This document shows positions 14,292 to 28,810 of a DNA stretch of 64,000 nt, in pieces (position 1 is the first letter of the stretch; every line of letters starts with the position of its first letter). The stretch is from Octopus vulgaris (Eukaryota). Under the pieces are notes generated by a model, which searched no databases, was not told where the DNA came from, and saw nothing but the letters and a program-made list of their open reading frames with translations. The translations under genes and the position numbers were made by a program. The stretch covers positions 81,282,001 through 81,346,000 of the forward strand of contig OX597822.1 in NCBI GenBank assembly GCA_951406725.2, written 5' to 3'.

Positions 14292-14709
14292 GCATATATG
14301 AACAGAGAGGGAGAGAGAGCTAGACAGCCATGTATTCAAAGGGACGGGGAGGTTGGAAGGAAAGCAAAAACAGAGACGAACATGGAATATGATTTTTGTG
14401 TTTACATTCCAATATCTATACATCAATAATTTATTCGTTATTGTAATAACGGTTTCTTTATTTAATGAATTCACTTTTAATTTATTCCAAGTTCTTACGA
14501 CCAAAATCAATGTTCTGAGCTGCCACACTCTTCCCTTGCCTTCGTGGAATGTGAGTGGAACAAGAGGTGTTATATGGTGGCATTTGAGCGAAATTGTGTG
14601 AAGAAGGGTAAACCGAAGTAAAGAGAGAATTTCCGGTTGAGTTTGGCAATATATAATTATTTAGGAACTGATGCGGGTATCTGGTCCGTATGGTTCGCAA
14701 AGGTTTATA

Positions 14710-14925
14710 GGGCGGGTGTGGCTTTGTGGTAGCAAGCTTGTTTCCCAACCACATGGCTCTGGGTTCGGTCCCACTGCATGGCACCTTGGGCAAGTGTCTT
14801 CTACTTTACTATAACCTTGGGTCGACCAAAGCCTTGTGTGTGGATTTGCTAGACGGAAACTGAAAGAAGCTCCTCCTATACACATATGCTCCAGTGTGTG
14901 TGTGTGTGTGTGCGTGTGTGCGTGC

Positions 14926-14986
<61 letters not shown>

Positions 14987-15185
14987 TGTGTGTGTGTGTG
15001 TGTGATCACCGGCTTATTGGTGTGTTTACATCCTGTAATCTAACGGCTCAGCAAAAGCGACCGATAGATTATTTACCAGGCTTTAGAAAAGTACTAAGCA
15101 CTGGTGTCGAATCCATTCGACAAAAACGTCTTCGCGGGTTACCCCAGCAAGGCCGCAGTTTGATCACTGAAGCATGTCAAAGAAA
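14710..15185 (+). mobile_element. SINE type A
   Basis: full head-core-(TG)n-tail layout. Confidence 0.85.
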
Positions 15186-15254
15186 CGATAAAAGTCAGTA
15201 CATTTAGTGCGAATATCAGATTATCCAATGAGTTGATCTAATGAGGGAATTTCA

Positions 15255-15426
15255 TGCGGATATCTAACACGGGCGGATATCTAATGCACGTATCTAGTGT
15301 TAGTGTCACGTGACGGGATGGTGGCAAAGCAGAGGATTTGCGGATATCTAACACGGGTGGATATCTAATGCACGTATCTAGTGTTAGTATCACACGACGG
15401 GATGGTGGCAAAGCAGAGGATTTGCG
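15255..15426. repeat. 84-bp tandem duplication
   Basis: 'tgcggatatctaacacggg...gcagaggatt' occurs twice with few differences. Confidence 0.9.
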
Positions 15427-15619
15427 AATTTCGTGGATGGAAGCCTTGAAAATAAGTATTATAGTGTTTTTACGTTCACTACAAACTGAAGCAGAAATGG
15501 AGATGTGCGGCATTTGATGACGAACAGACACTGAACAAATTGAAATGTATTTTATAAAAGGGGTAATTTTTACCCAGGTGCCCCTGGTTAGATTCCGATA
15601 TAGGAATCCTTTATTTAGG

Positions 15620-15960
15620 CGGAGGCAAGGTCGCGTGGTTAAGGAGCTCGTTTTGTAACGATGTAGTTTCGTGTTCAGCCCTACTACAGGGCACTTTGAG
15701 TAAATGTCTTCTATAATAGCCTCGAATCAACTAATGCCTCTTGAGTGTATTTTGCAGGAGGAAACTGTGTAGAAGCCCTTCGAAACAAATCTGTGTGTGT
15801 GGGTGTGTTTGTGTTTGTTCTCCATCCACCGCTCGACAAACTGTGCGGATCTATTTATATTCCCGTAACTTAATAGGTTCGGTACCGAGACCTATAGAGT
15901 CTAACACCTTCAGGGCGTTGCCCCAGCATGACCGCACACCAATGTCGATCAAATGATGGT
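15620..15960 (+). mobile_element. SINE type A, diverged
   Basis: recognisable head and the tail 'ggcgttgccccagcatgaccgca'. Confidence 0.7.
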
Positions 15961-16949
15961 GCAAAAGCTAACCAAGTCTGAGTCAATAGGGGACAATCTA
16001 CGTAGTTAAATGATATGCCAAAAGTGGTAGCTAAATTTCCCTCAAATCACACCCTATTACCTTAAAGAAGAGAGAGATACATTGTTGAACAATGTTCAGT
16101 CAGTCGTCACTACTGCGTGTGTATACCGTAGTAATATGTGCCATGTTTCGCTAATTGATTTAGTTCCTTATGCAGTCGAGATCAGAGGCAAATATCCTCT
16201 TGGAATCCTCACCCTTGGTCCAGCGAAACATTCAAGATGTGATTACCGAAAGGAGAGAGGATTTCACTAGAACTCGACTGATACCGGTACAGTTTAGTAT
16301 ACTGGAGCAACGCAAAAAGAAAGTGTCTTGCTGGACACAAGGCACCGCCTGCTCCAAGAATTGAATCCAAGATCTCGTGATTTTGAAGAGAACCCTACTA
16401 ACAAGGTCACACCCCTTCAAACTGAAAAATGCAATCAGTAAAAATATATATAAAATCATGATGGTTGAAAAGCCTTGCATCGTAGGTCGGATCACCCTGG
16501 ATTTACCTTTGATTAATCAATAATATGAATGAGAAAAGTTGGATCAGTTATTTCGAAATGTTTGAAGTTACTTTTTATCTAATTTCATTTCTTTATTTTA
16601 GAAGTAAAACGAGAACGGCGAGAGAAGAGAAGCGCATTAGAATCGGACCAAATATCTTGCAGCATGCTGTTATATTCTTTTTATGATCTTATTCCACATT
16701 TCAATGGTATTAACTTACTTTTTTATTTTAACGAAATCGAGGAAATAGGTACAAGCTGTTATTTGTGCTTTTTAGACCTAGATTAGTCCTGATCCAGCAT
16801 ACCTACAATCAAATAATTCTATTCTAGCCATGACAATCCATTCTTACTCTCAGAGAATCTATCCGTGTCTCTATTATCCAAAGTATTCTTCCTTTTTTAA
16901 AAGACGGGTTTGGTCTAGAGTAGAGATAGCAAGTAAGTAGTCTTGAGTT

Positions 16950-17190
16950 CTTGGACTCATAGAGCTAGTCACCTAGTTTCCATGGCATGTAAATGGCTAA
17001 GATAACAGCACCCCCCTGAACGAGTCGCCAGTCTATCTTAAGAGTAACTTCCCAGTTATTGCAGGGATTCACAGCTGAGTTAACTGGAGCAACATGGTGA
17101 AATGAAGTGTTTTACTCAAGAACGCAACGAACCACCCAGTTCTGAAATCGAAATCACGATTGCAAGAACTCCATCCTATGTAGCAGGCCA
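16950..17190 (-). mobile_element. SINE type C-related, diverged
   Basis: 'cagctgagttaactggagcaac...gaaatgaagtgttttactcaagaac' segment. Confidence 0.6.
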
Positions 17191-17714
17191 CGCATGATCA
17201 CATGTAGACGAGACTCGAATTATATATTATACCAGATAAGTTACGTTTTTTTTTCTTTCGTTCTTCTTTGTTTTGGTAAATGTTTCTTTCTGCTAATCAT
17301 AGAAAGAAATCGCAAATGGTTTTAAGCGATATACGATTGAGACGTCTGTTAATGAAACAAAAACACTTGTAACAGCTGTTACGAAACACAAATAAGAGTT
17401 TACATTAAAAGACATAACATTTCATTACTCTACTTCAATATGAAAGAAGGCTAATTCTCTCTCATCATTTGTTGGTTATTTGATGATGAAAGAAGGCAAA
17501 CTACTAGAAAATGGAAAATTAATTTATATTATTCTGTTAGATATTCTTGAAGAGAATTATTCAAGAGAGGAACATTAGCAAATGTCTGTTGGCAGATAAG
17601 AACTTAGAATTTTAAGCCAAGAAACAAACTTTTCTCCTTTTGGACACTTGAAAATATTAATTCCATTTTAATTAAAGATATTTCCTGTGTCTGATTTTTT
17701 TATGAGCTCCTTCA

Positions 17715-17773
<59 letters not shown>

Positions 17774-17858
17774 AAGTGTGTGTGTTGTATGTATGCATGT
17801 ATGTATGTATATACATATTGTGTATATATATGGATATATATATGTGTCTGTGTTTGTG

Positions 17859-17925
<67 letters not shown>

Positions 17926-18097
17926 GAGTGTTACGGAATGGAATGGGTAAGATCCGGGCTACATATGTTTCATGGCGGGCGGAACCTCAGAAGTGGTAAA
18001 AATCCAATCGAGGTATCAAGTGTCTTGTATTATAGCCCCGGGCCGACCAATGGCTTGTGAGTGAATTCAATAGACGGAATCTGCGAGAAATGTGTTA

Positions 18098-18200
<103 letters not shown>

Positions 18201-18663
18201 TGCGTGCGCGCGTGTGCGTGAGTGTGTGTGTGCGTGTGCGCGCGCGTGTGTGTAGGTGTGTATGGGTGTGTGTGTGTGCATGGGGTTGATGTAATCGACT
18301 TACCGACCCTTCGATATTTCTGGCCTTTTTGCCAAAATTTGAAGCCGATTAATTAATTGTTTGTAGATTAATTTGTTATTCGTCGCATATCTGTAGCCTC
18401 TTAAGGATTTGACTGTAGAATGGTAAACGAAGTCATTGAGTAAGACACAGATGTTTAATGAAGGAATTTTCGGAAACGAAATGAAGTCATTAGATTAGTC
18501 AACAGTAACAATAAAGTGGTTAACTATTATAACCTGTATCTGAGTCGTTTATTATGTGTGTGCGAGAGCGACTTAATACGACTCAAAAGAAGCAACAAGT
18601 GGAATCGTGGCTCAGTTAGACACAGCTGAAGAGGTCTATTTGGTTAGGATCAGTTATTTCGAC

Positions 18664-18951
18664 CAGTGGTTCTCAACCATTTTTTGCCTCTGGACCCCTT
18701 TAATTCCTGTTTTACTCAGATGTTTCAAATCTCTTATTATAGTTTTATGATTAAACATTATTTGTAATTGTATAAAGAGATGCTTAAATATTTTATGGAT
18801 TGTTGAAATATAACCAGTTTATTGTACATAAATTTAACAAAATAATCTTATATAGACCCCCAAGTGTCATATGGATTCCCAGGGGCCATATGGTTTTCTA
18901 AGGGTCATGTGGACCCTCAAGAGCCATATGGACGTCACTTGAAAAACATTG
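18664..18951. mobile_element. hAT-like MITE, diverged
   Basis: termini CAGTGGTTCTCAA ... TTGAAAAACATTG form imperfect TIRs; repeated subterminal 'ggaccc' motifs; TSD unclear. Confidence 0.6.
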
Positions 18952-20279
18952 GTTTAGCTGAGATGGTGTGCGAAATCGTAGATGGGAAAAAATACAGAGT
19001 TGTTGGATGCAGTAGTCATTCTAAAGAATTGATTTCTTTCTTTTGTGCAAATACGAAACAAAAATATAGTTTTTTGATAAAGAAATTTAATAAATGTAAG
19101 TTATAATGGCTAAACAAACATAACAAACGTCGATACTGTTGTTCAGTGGATTGTAATTTCGTTACATGTCAACAAATAACAACAACTGGTTGGGAGAACT
19201 TATTGAATAGTTTGTTTAGCAAATATTGAGTGCAGTTGAATGATTAATATTAAAGAGATCATAATTGCCATTGATATCAAATATCAAGTTGAGTGATTTT
19301 CTTTTTATAATCAATCAAACTGTTAAATGTAGATATTCGCACATATAAATATTAATAATGCAAATGTGATACATACATATACGTCTTATGATTAAAGTGT
19401 TAATTAAAACAACAACATTAGCAACTACCACAAAAAACAAATACTCTTTAATTCCACTTCTGTTTGCAAGAACAAGAGGTAGTTTTTAAACTAACAAAAG
19501 AGAAACTATATCGGAGATGTTGACATATATGAGAACACGCTTCTAAAACACTTCCTGTGGTAGACTTCTAATGAAAACCATACAAGAATACTTATAAGTT
19601 GTGAAAGAGCCAGCTGTTGTTGCTGTGGGGAACTTTCGAAGCTATAAAGAGCTCCATACTTTTAGAAAACCTTATAAGGGGCACATGTATTTTTTGTCTG
19701 TAAATAAGTTTTTCCTTATTCACTTGTTTACAAAAATGTTGACAGTCAGTCGTGGGATTGTGCGTAGAATGAGTTTGTTTGAAAGAATACTTGCAAAGCG
19801 AAATCAGAGTCGATTCTAATAGGTGTGGTTGTATGACGTAAATATCTTACTGGACTGACCATTCCACTGGTCATCTTAATAAAAGTTCAGTTGCAGAGTA
19901 GGTTAAGAAACATCTGACGGCAATCCAATGTTCCTGAATACTATTCTTGCTTATGTTCCCTTAATACTCAAATAATTCGTCGTTCGCTTTACTTTTAACT
20001 ATTTTTCTAGATCTCTTGCTGCAACTTTGTCATATTTCATATTTTATATCAAACCACTTCCATCATGTTTCCTAGGTAAATATATACAATTTATATCGAT
20101 TCTAGTTATGGCTCCGAAACACAATGAGGAGTTTTCTAATTTCCCTTTTTTAATATTTCTTCTGTGGCTTTCGGACTCATGAGGCCGGTTGCCCAGTTTC
20201 TATGACGTATAAGAGACTGCGGTCACGATATTCCCTCTGAACGGGTCACCAGTCCGTTCTGGGATACAAGGCCAGAAGT

Positions 20280-20440
20280 TATGAAGTGACCCCAGTACCT
20301 GACTAGTACTTTATTTTGTCGACCCCCTTAAGGTATAAAAGGCAAATTTGACCTCGGCGGGATTTGAACACAGAACATAAAGCCTGGAAGAAATGCCATT
20401 AAGCATGTTGTCCGAAGAACTGACGATCCTGTCTGACCAC
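20280..20440 (-). mobile_element. SINE type B, diverged
   Basis: 'ggcaaatttgacctcggcgggatttgaac' is the reverse complement of the type B core. Confidence 0.7.
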
Positions 20441-20581
20441 TTTAATGGTCAGACAGCTCTGTAAATCAAGCTCTGTAAATCACTTGGACTTCGAAGTGGT
20501 CTGTTCAAGAGGCAGCTCATAGCTATCATCTCGTTTCAAATATTGATTGCACTTCATAAATAAATTAGTCTGGCCTTCCAT

Positions 20582-21035
20582 AGGCGCAGGTGTAGCAATG
20601 GGGTAAGAAGACTGCTTTGCAACCACATGGGTCCCGGTTCAGTCCCACTGCATAGCACTTTGGACAAGTGTCTTCTATTATAGCCTTGTAAGTAGATTTG
20701 GTTGATGGAAACTGAAAGAAGCCTGTCACATTGTGTGTGTGTGTGTCTTTGTGCGTGTGTCTGTGTGTATATGTGTCTTTCTGTGTGTGTGTCTTTTTGT
20801 GTGTGTCTTTGCGTGTGTGCGCGCGCGCGTGCGTGTGCGTGTCTTTGTGTGTGCTTGTCCCTCACCACCGCGTGATAACCGATGTTGGTTGCTTAACGTC
20901 CTCGTAACCTATCGAATAAGTACCAAGCTTACAAATAGAAAAGGACTGGAGTCGATTCATTCGATTAAATATCCTTGAAGGGGGTGCCCCAGCATGGCCG
21001 CAGTCTAATCACCGAAACAAGCAAAGCATAAAAGG
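20582..21035 (+). mobile_element. SINE type A
   Basis: full layout. Confidence 0.85.
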
Positions 21036-21467
21036 TAAAGATATCTAGATTTAATTTAATCATCCCAGTTCTTAATTAATTCGCCTGTTTAATATAAATT
21101 TGGTGCATTTGTCTAACAGCATCAACATATCTAATATGGCGGTTGAATTCACGTAGAGTTTCTCTTAAGTTCTCACAGCTGGGCACTGTCACTTGTAAAT
21201 GGCTTCTAAGCAACCAGACACAGAAAGTGGCTTATGCTTACTATCCGAAACATTTATAACGATCGCTAGTTTCATCCAATTAACTTGTTAATGAAATCAA
21301 AACAGCAAAAACGTTAAAGGAATAAGAAGTTTTGTTGGAAACCAAAAATTCAATTTCTTATCGAAGGACTGTTTTCTATTAACCCGTCATCGTGCAGAAT
21401 CGCAGCCGTTTTTCTTTCCGACATGATAGGTTTGGTAAATAACCATCATATTAGTTTTCATAAGCTC

Positions 21468-22580
21468 TGGCGTGAATGTGTGGTAAGGACCTTGCTTCCG
21501 GGTTCAGTCCTACTGCGTGGCACCTTGGGCAAGTGTCTTCTACTATACCCTTGTACCGACCAAAGCCGGAAACTGAAAGAAGCTTGTCGTATATATATAT
21601 ACATATGTGTGTGTGTGTGTGTGTTTGTCCCCTACCATCGCTTGATAACCGCTGTACTGGGGTCAATTTGCTCGACTAAAGGCAGTGCTCCAGCATGGCA
21701 GCAGTCAATGACTAAAACAAATAATATATATGTGTGTGTTTGTGTGTGTAAGTATCAATTAATAATTATCATAATGTATCAATTAATAAGCATCATAATA
21801 ATTAATGAACGAAGTCCCTAAGAACCCTATCCCAATAACGAGAAAAATTGAAAATTGAAAGCCAGACACACCCGATTTATGTGTAGATATTTGTGTGTCT
21901 GTGTTTGTCCCCTCCACACACACACCATTGTTTGACAAACGATGCTGGTGTGTTTATGTCCTCGTAACTTAGCGGTTCGGCAAAAGAGACCGATAGAATA
22001 AGTACTAGGCTTACAAAGAAAAAGTCCTAGAGTCGATTTCTGCAACTAAAGGCGTTGCTCCAGTTTGGTCGCAGTCAAATGACTGAAACAAGTAAAAGAG
22101 CGAAAACAAAATATGAGTAGTGTTGCTTTATTTCTATGGAATATCTTTAATTTCCATGAATGTTTTAAATCATTTTCGGTGGCAAGAATGCAAAGCTGAC
22201 TGCTTCTCTTTGCACTGACGCGGTTCCGTTTCTGTCCCACTGCGTGGCACCTTGGGTAAGTCTCTACTACTTTAACCCTGGACCGACCAATGCCTTGTGA
22301 GTGATTCTATCGCACAGAAACTCTGTGGAAACCCGTGGTATAAATATTAAATACGAGTGTGTGTATGTGTGTGTGTGTGCGTGTGCGTGCGTGCGCGTGC
22401 GCGTGCGTGTGTGTGCGCACGCGCGCGTTCTCCACAACTGCTTGTCAACAGAGGTTCCACAAAACACTCCCATAGAATAAGTACAAGACTAAATATAAGT
22501 ACCGGAGTCACTATGTTCGACTCAACCCTTCAAGGTAGTGCTCCAGCATTGCCGCAGTTCATTGACTAAAAGAAAAAAAG
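21468..22580 (+). mobile_element. cluster of three SINE type A copies (21468-21720, 21885-22100, 22180-22580)
   Basis: three tails 'gtgctccagcatgg..cagtcaatgact'; partial heads. Confidence 0.8.
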
Positions 22581-22635
22581 ATAAAAATATGATGTATGCC
22601 ATGATTTTGTTTTTAATGTTTCTTTCATATATATG

Positions 22636-22673
<38 letters not shown>

Positions 22674-22695
22674 CAGCGACTCCATGTAAGAATAT

Positions 22696-22727
22696 CTGAA
22701 GAAGGAATTTTATTCCGAAATATTATC
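22696..22727 (+). ncRNA. hammerhead core motif (stem I imperfect)
   Basis: CUGAAGA-A-GGAAU-UUU-AUUCC-GAAA-UAUUA-UC within a ~150-bp segment between (TA)n runs. Confidence 0.55.
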
Positions 22728-22849
22728 AGACTATGGATGGTTAAATTACAACAGGTATATAGCCCATTGCTTGTATTATAGGGCATTGTTATACCATTCA
22801 AAACTTTTTACTCTTTACACATATACATATATATAAATATATATATATA

Positions 22850-23045
22850 TATAGTTAATCCAAACAAGAAAACAAAAAGACAACAACGCAAGGATGTGGG
22901 ACAAATAAAGTATTATTGGACGCTCAGGAAAGAAGGGAAGAAGGAGGGTTTGACGTTTCGAGCGGAGCTCTTGGTCGGAAACATAGGAGAAGGAAAGATC
23001 CCGAGAAGGGAAGACAGAGGAAAAAAATCGCTAGTGATACAGACG
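22850..23045 (-). mobile_element. ~200-bp (TA)n-embedded element with minimal hammerhead (22948-22982)
   Basis: GUUU-CCGACCA-A-GAGC-UCC-GCUC-GAAA-CG-UC-AAAC; core mutated; (TA)n on both sides. Confidence 0.65.
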
Positions 23046-24181
23046 AGATATATATATTGTCCGCCACCCCGCAACGATTGCCTATTTGACTAGTAGTTGT
23101 TCTTTATAAGCATTCATCAGTTTCCGACAGCCTTTCTCTTCATGTGATTCGATGTTAGTCTTTTTATAGAAACCAATATAGCTATACATCACTGTAGTTG
23201 ATAGAGTTCCGTATCGTTGTTCACAGTCAATTTATTAGTGACGGACTTTTTGAGAGTCTCAGATGCTTTGACGAACCAATTCCATTTTTTTGTTCCTAGG
23301 AAGCATCAGGTGTTAAATCTAGTCTTTTTATTGATTCATCATTCGTTAAGGACACACATATTTTTGCACAACGCCGGAATTTCGGGGAAGGAGTAAGCCG
23401 GTTGCATCGGCCCTCAGTACTCAGCTGGTACTTATGCTATCGCCCCCCCCCCCACCAATGGATTTATTTTTCAAGTCTTGCACAAAACAACCCACATGTT
23501 CGACACAGGTTTCGTATTAAAGAATAACTCAATGTAAGATTGTTGATGTAGAGATGGAGTATTCTACTTTTCCTTTCGTTTTTTTTTTATTTCCCCTTTA
23601 ACCTCTCATAGTTTCTTTTCCTTTCCCGCTTATTTCCCCTTTCATCTATCATAGTTTCTTTTCCCTTGGTCGGGCTGGATGGTTTGATTCCCCAGTTTCC
23701 TCCCATATCCTCGGATTTCATTGATCTCTCATTTTGAGTCATACAATTTTTACTTTAATACCGCGTTCCTTTTTGTTGCTGTTGTTGTCGGAGTGTTTTT
23801 AAACTCTAGAGGTCAGCTACCGATTTGAATTTAAGGGGAAATTGGTTATTATTTACTGCAGGTCGAGTGACCACATTCTCTCATCTTTCTCATTTCCCTT
23901 CTCCCTCTTCGTTTCTCACACACACACACGCACGCACACACGCACGCACGCACACACACACTCCTTCCTCTCTCTCTCCATCCTTCTCTCTCCATCCCTC
24001 GCTCTCTCCATCCCTCTCTCTTTCTCCATCCCTCTCTCTCTCTCTCTCTCTCTCCATCTCTACATCTGCCCATTTCTCCATCCCTCACTCTCCATCCCTC
24101 TCTCTGCATACCTCTCCCTCTCCCCATCTACCCCATATCTCCCCATCTCTCTCTCTCTCTTTCTGCCTCTCTCTCTTTCTT

Positions 24182-24212
<31 letters not shown>

Positions 24213-24629
24213 TCTCTCTCTCTCTTTCTCTCTCTCTCTCTTTCTCTCTCTTTCGTTTCCCACTAATTCTTACCCAGATCTCCCTATCTACCCCATATCT
24301 CACCATCTCTCTCCCTCTCGTTTCTCACTAATTCTTACACAGATCCCTATCTTCATCCACCTACGTCACAAAATCTTAACGGCAAAAATCCCAAACTAGA
24401 AATTCTATTTCTCACAGCGTTTCCACAAATGTTCACCGAAGCCTGTTCGTTTCTCTTGATATTTCTTTGTGTTTGAAAAATGGAATGTGCTAAAAACAAT
24501 GACTGGAAATAGAAGTGTGATAGGAAGTTGCTGAATAATTAGGTTATGGTGGAGGGGCGGCGGGGGGTATACTGGAAACTGCGCTCAATTTATTTTTAAA
24601 TTTATTTAAAAAGACATGGCATCTGTGTG

Positions 24630-25167
24630 TTGAACAGAAACCAAACAATTACCATGACCACCATCGTCAACGTCATCATTGCCATCACTGCCATCACCAC
24701 CAGTACTACTACCACCATCATAGTCATCATCATCATCATTACCATCATCGCTTTCATCATCATCATCACCACCACCACCACCACCCATCACAACCACCAT
24801 CACTATCATCATCGTCATCATCACTATTACCATCTTCGTCGTCGTCATCATTATTATTGTTATCATAATTACTGTCATCATCATTATCATCACCACCACC
24901 ACCATCACTATCATCATCACCTCCACTACCAGCACCACCATCATCACCATCATTATCATCATCACTATTATCATCGTCATCGTCGTCATCTTCATCACCA
25001 ACACCATCACCATCATCACCATTATCACCACCACCACCACCATCATCAACACTATCATCCTCATTACCATCATCATCATCATCATCACTATAACCATCGT
25101 CGTCGTCATCATCATCACCATCATCACCACCATCACCAACACCATCACCATCATCATCATCATCATC

Positions 25168-25201
<34 letters not shown>

Positions 25202-26360
25202 TATCATCCTGAAATTCCTCCTCTCATCATCACAACCAAGTTCATTATTGCCAATGCTGTCATTTTCATTGCTCTAATTATCCTTATTATCGTTCTCCTG
25301 CTCATCTGTTCGCCATCAACATAATTACCGCACCTAGAACACAAGCATCAACTCAGCCACCGAGAAAAATCACTTCTGTCACCGCCACCACCACCTCCAC
25401 CACCATCACCACCACCAACAACACCACCATCATCATCATCATCATCACCACCCTCTACACCACAAGCAAAAACTTCAACCATCGCCAGCAACATCTGTCT
25501 GTTTCATTACCGCTTTCGCCATCATCGCTATAATTGCCACTTAACCAACATCAGGAGCATGCAGGCTGCCACCAGCAGCAACCACCAACGTACCACTAAC
25601 CAACTGCAGCCGTTACTACCACCGCCAGCAGAACCATCGCCGAAACTACCGACGCTACCATCAACAGAAACACCACTGACAACACTACTACCACTGGGGT
25701 CTCGTCATCGTCCACACCATTGGCAATCACTATCATCGCCATCGTTATCATCATCATTGCCATCATCATCATCTTCATCATCATCTTCATCATCATCTTC
25801 ATCATCATCACTAGCATCTTCATCATCATCGTCGCCATCGTTGTCATCGTCATCGTCATTGTATACTGCTGCAATTATCCTCATCATCGTCGTCGTCGTC
25901 GTCGTCGTCATCATCGCAATAATCGTCCTTTTTGCTCCCCCCCCCCGTCACCTTCCGTATGTCCTCCTATGCTATTAATTTAATTAAACACTTCGGAACA
26001 GCACTAATTGGAGTGAAATACGAAGAGGAGTCTGGTGATGATGATGAGGATGAGGATGACGACGACGACGACGACGACGATGATGATGATGACGATGATG
26101 ATGATGATGTTGATGATGATGATGATGATGATGATGACGACGATGGTGATAATGCTGATACTGGTGCTGGTGCTGGTGGGGGCAATGACTGCTATAATGA
26201 TGTTGATAATCACGGCGTTGTTGACGATGATGGTGATGATGATGATGATTATGGAGATGATAACGTTGGTGGTGATGGTGAAGCAGATGAAAGTAAGACA
26301 AAGAAGAAAGAAGAGGAAGAATTACTACTACTACTACTACTACTGCTGCTACTACTACAT
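24630..26360. repeat. degenerate trinucleotide (CAT/CAC/CGT, then GAT/GAC) low-complexity region
   Basis: direct reading; explains the His/Asp/Ser-rich ORFs. Confidence 0.9.
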
Positions 26361-26514
26361 CCGGATTGAGAAGACAAAAGAAAAATGTTGCAAGTGTTAG
26401 GTAAATTAGAAACTCCACTGTAATATAATGATTGATTCTATTTTTAGAAAAGACTTGGATAGGTTGGGGGTGGGGGAGAGGGGGAAATACAGGGAAGATT
26501 CGGTGTGTGTGTGT

Positions 26515-27015
26515 ATGTTTATGAGATGTGTGTAAGTGTGTATGCGTGTGCATTTGTGTGATGAGTGTGTATCTATGTTTACGTGAAATGTGTGTGTGTA
26601 TTTATGAGATGTGTGTAAGCGTGTATGCGTGTGCATTTGTGTGATGAGTGTGTATCTATGTTTACGTGAAATGTGTGTGTGTATTTATGAGATGTGTGTA
26701 AGCGTGTATGCGTGTGCATTTGTGTGATGAGTGTGTATCTATGTTTACGTGAAATGTGTGTGTGTATTTATGAGATGTGTGTAAGCGTGTATGCGTGTGC
26801 ATTTGTGTGATGAGTGTGTATCTATGTTTACGTGAAATGTGTGTGTGTGTGTATTTATGAGATGTGTGTAAGCGTGTATGCGTGTGCATTTGTGTGATGA
26901 GTGTGTATCTATGTTTACGTGAAATGTGTGTGTGTGTGTGTATTTATGAGATGTGTGTAAGCGTGTATGCGTGTGCATTTGTGTGATGGGTGTTTATCTA
27001 TGTTTACGTGATGTG
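26515..27015. repeat. minisatellite, ~83-89-bp unit, about 6 copies
   Basis: unit 'atgagatgtgtgtaagcgtgtatgcgtgtgcatttgtgtgatgagtgtgtatctatgtttacgtgaaa(tg)n' varies mainly in (TG) length. Confidence 0.9.
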
Positions 27016-28222
27016 TGTGTATGTTTATATGATTTGTGTCTGTATGTTTATGAGATGTGTGTGTGTGTCTGTTTGTGTGTATGTTAATGTGATATGTGTG
27101 TGTGTATCTATGTTTACGTGATGTGTGTGTATGTTTATGAGATGTGCGTGCGCGTCTGTGTATGTTTACATGATGTGTGTGTCTGTATGCTTATGAGATG
27201 TGTGTGCGTATGTGTGTTTATGTTTACGTGATATGTGTGTGTATGTTTAGGAAATATGTGTGTGTATGTGATGTGTATCCTGCCTGTGTGACTGTATAGA
27301 GTGTATATAAGCAGTATGTATAAAGAGGAGTCGTGATTGAGTTTTGTGTTATATATTGTAGCTGATGCAGAGTGTATTGTATGATGTATATTGTGATGTG
27401 TATGTATACATTGTGCATGTGAATATGTGTGAATGTGTGTATATGTAAGCATGTCAGTGCGTATGCAGTATAGTATGAATGTGTGTGTATGTGCGCGCAC
27501 GTGTGTTTGTGTGCGTGTACTTAATGTGTCTTATGCGAGAAAAGTTGTGTGTCGTGGGTCGTGAAATGTGTGTGTATATACCGTAGTATGTCTTGTCTGT
27601 TATTTGGTGCACGTTAAGCATATGTAAGAAACATGGTCAATATGTGATGTGGAGTGCCTTCCATACACAGTATATTGTGAACAGTATGTGGTGTTGTGTG
27701 CTTTGTACGGTATCGTGTATGATATATGTTGTGTAGCGTTTATTGCGTCACATGTACAGTGTGAACCATCTTCAGTGTACTGATGCGCAGCAGATGGAAC
27801 TACATGAAACGTAGTCGCGAGCTGAAACTTTTAACCACAGACCAGCCACGCCTGTTATGCGTTATTATATACAGTTTCTTTTCTAGACATCACACACTCC
27901 AAACACCTCGCTTCTATATCCCATACTGCAGTCTCTTATACAACTATAAGCAGTCAAACAAAATGCTGTTAATACACAACTAAATTATAATCCGAACTAA
28001 CTGCAAAGAATGCGCGATCTTATGCTAATTTGTCTGTCCGAGCAGGACTTCTGTGCATATTTAAAGAGGATACTAAGCTGGTGATGAAATCTTGACATAG
28101 GATTAACACTAGTTCGGTTTATTTTTATTTTTCTGACCAAGAAGATATTGCATGTAAAGAAGAACTGTTTGCACTTGCCTATACACGCAGTAGTTATAGA
28201 GCTATAGAGGTTATAAATATAC

Positions 28223-28265
<43 letters not shown>

Positions 28266-28276
28266 AACATACATAC

Positions 28277-28605
28277 ATGTCTTTACTGATGAAATTCACC
28301 TCTCTGTCTATATACCTACCCTCTTTATAATGTTGGCAAATGGAATAAGTATAAAAATGAACATTGTCAATTTCATTTAAAATATATATATATATATATA
28401 TATATATAGTTTAAATTTACAGAAAAAACAAAAGGCGAAGACAGGTGTAAGAGCAACAAGTAAGTGTATTAGATTGACGCTCGGAAAAAATGGAAAAGTC
28501 TTCTACGTTTCGAGCCTACGCTCTTCGACACAAAAGAAGAAGAGAAAATGAAGAGAGTGAATGAAATTTAAAAAAAGGAGAGAGAATAACTGTGTAGAGT
28601 CTGGC
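28277..28605 (-). repeat. left arm of ~330-bp inverted repeat (partner 30468-30801); contains the hammerhead element 28408-28605
   Basis: near-perfect reverse complement; HHR-like motif at about 28499-28536. Confidence 0.9.
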
Positions 28606-28619
28606 TTATATATACATAT

Positions 28620-28810
28620 AGGGAGAATTCACAAAAAAAAAAACAAAAGACGAAGGCAGATGGTGTAGACAATAAACAGATGTATTACTTTAACGCTCGG
28701 GAAGTGAAAAAGTCTTTAAAGTTTCGAGCCTGCGCTCCTCCATAGAGAGGAACACAGAAAGAAACAAAGAGAGAAAATAAAGAATGTGTAATGGCTAGCG
28801 ATCTATCATA
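28620..28810 (-). mobile_element. ~190-bp (TA)n-embedded hammerhead element, diverged
   Basis: CUAUGGA-G-GAGC-GCAG-GCUC-GAAA; same layout as 28408-28605 and 47200-47385. Confidence 0.65.

Noticed and set aside
18626-18663. CTGAAGA-GGTC...GACC as a hammerhead
   Set aside because: No GAAA or stem III follows, even after removing the adjacent MITE.
24627-26369. His-rich and Asp-rich ORFs suggestive of biomineralisation proteins
   Set aside because: Open in several frames on both strands, consistent with degenerate triplet repeats; no signal peptide or splice evidence.
26515-27015. Regularly spaced repeats resembling a CRISPR array
   Set aside because: Units are contiguous with no unique spacers; eukaryotic context; no cas genes.
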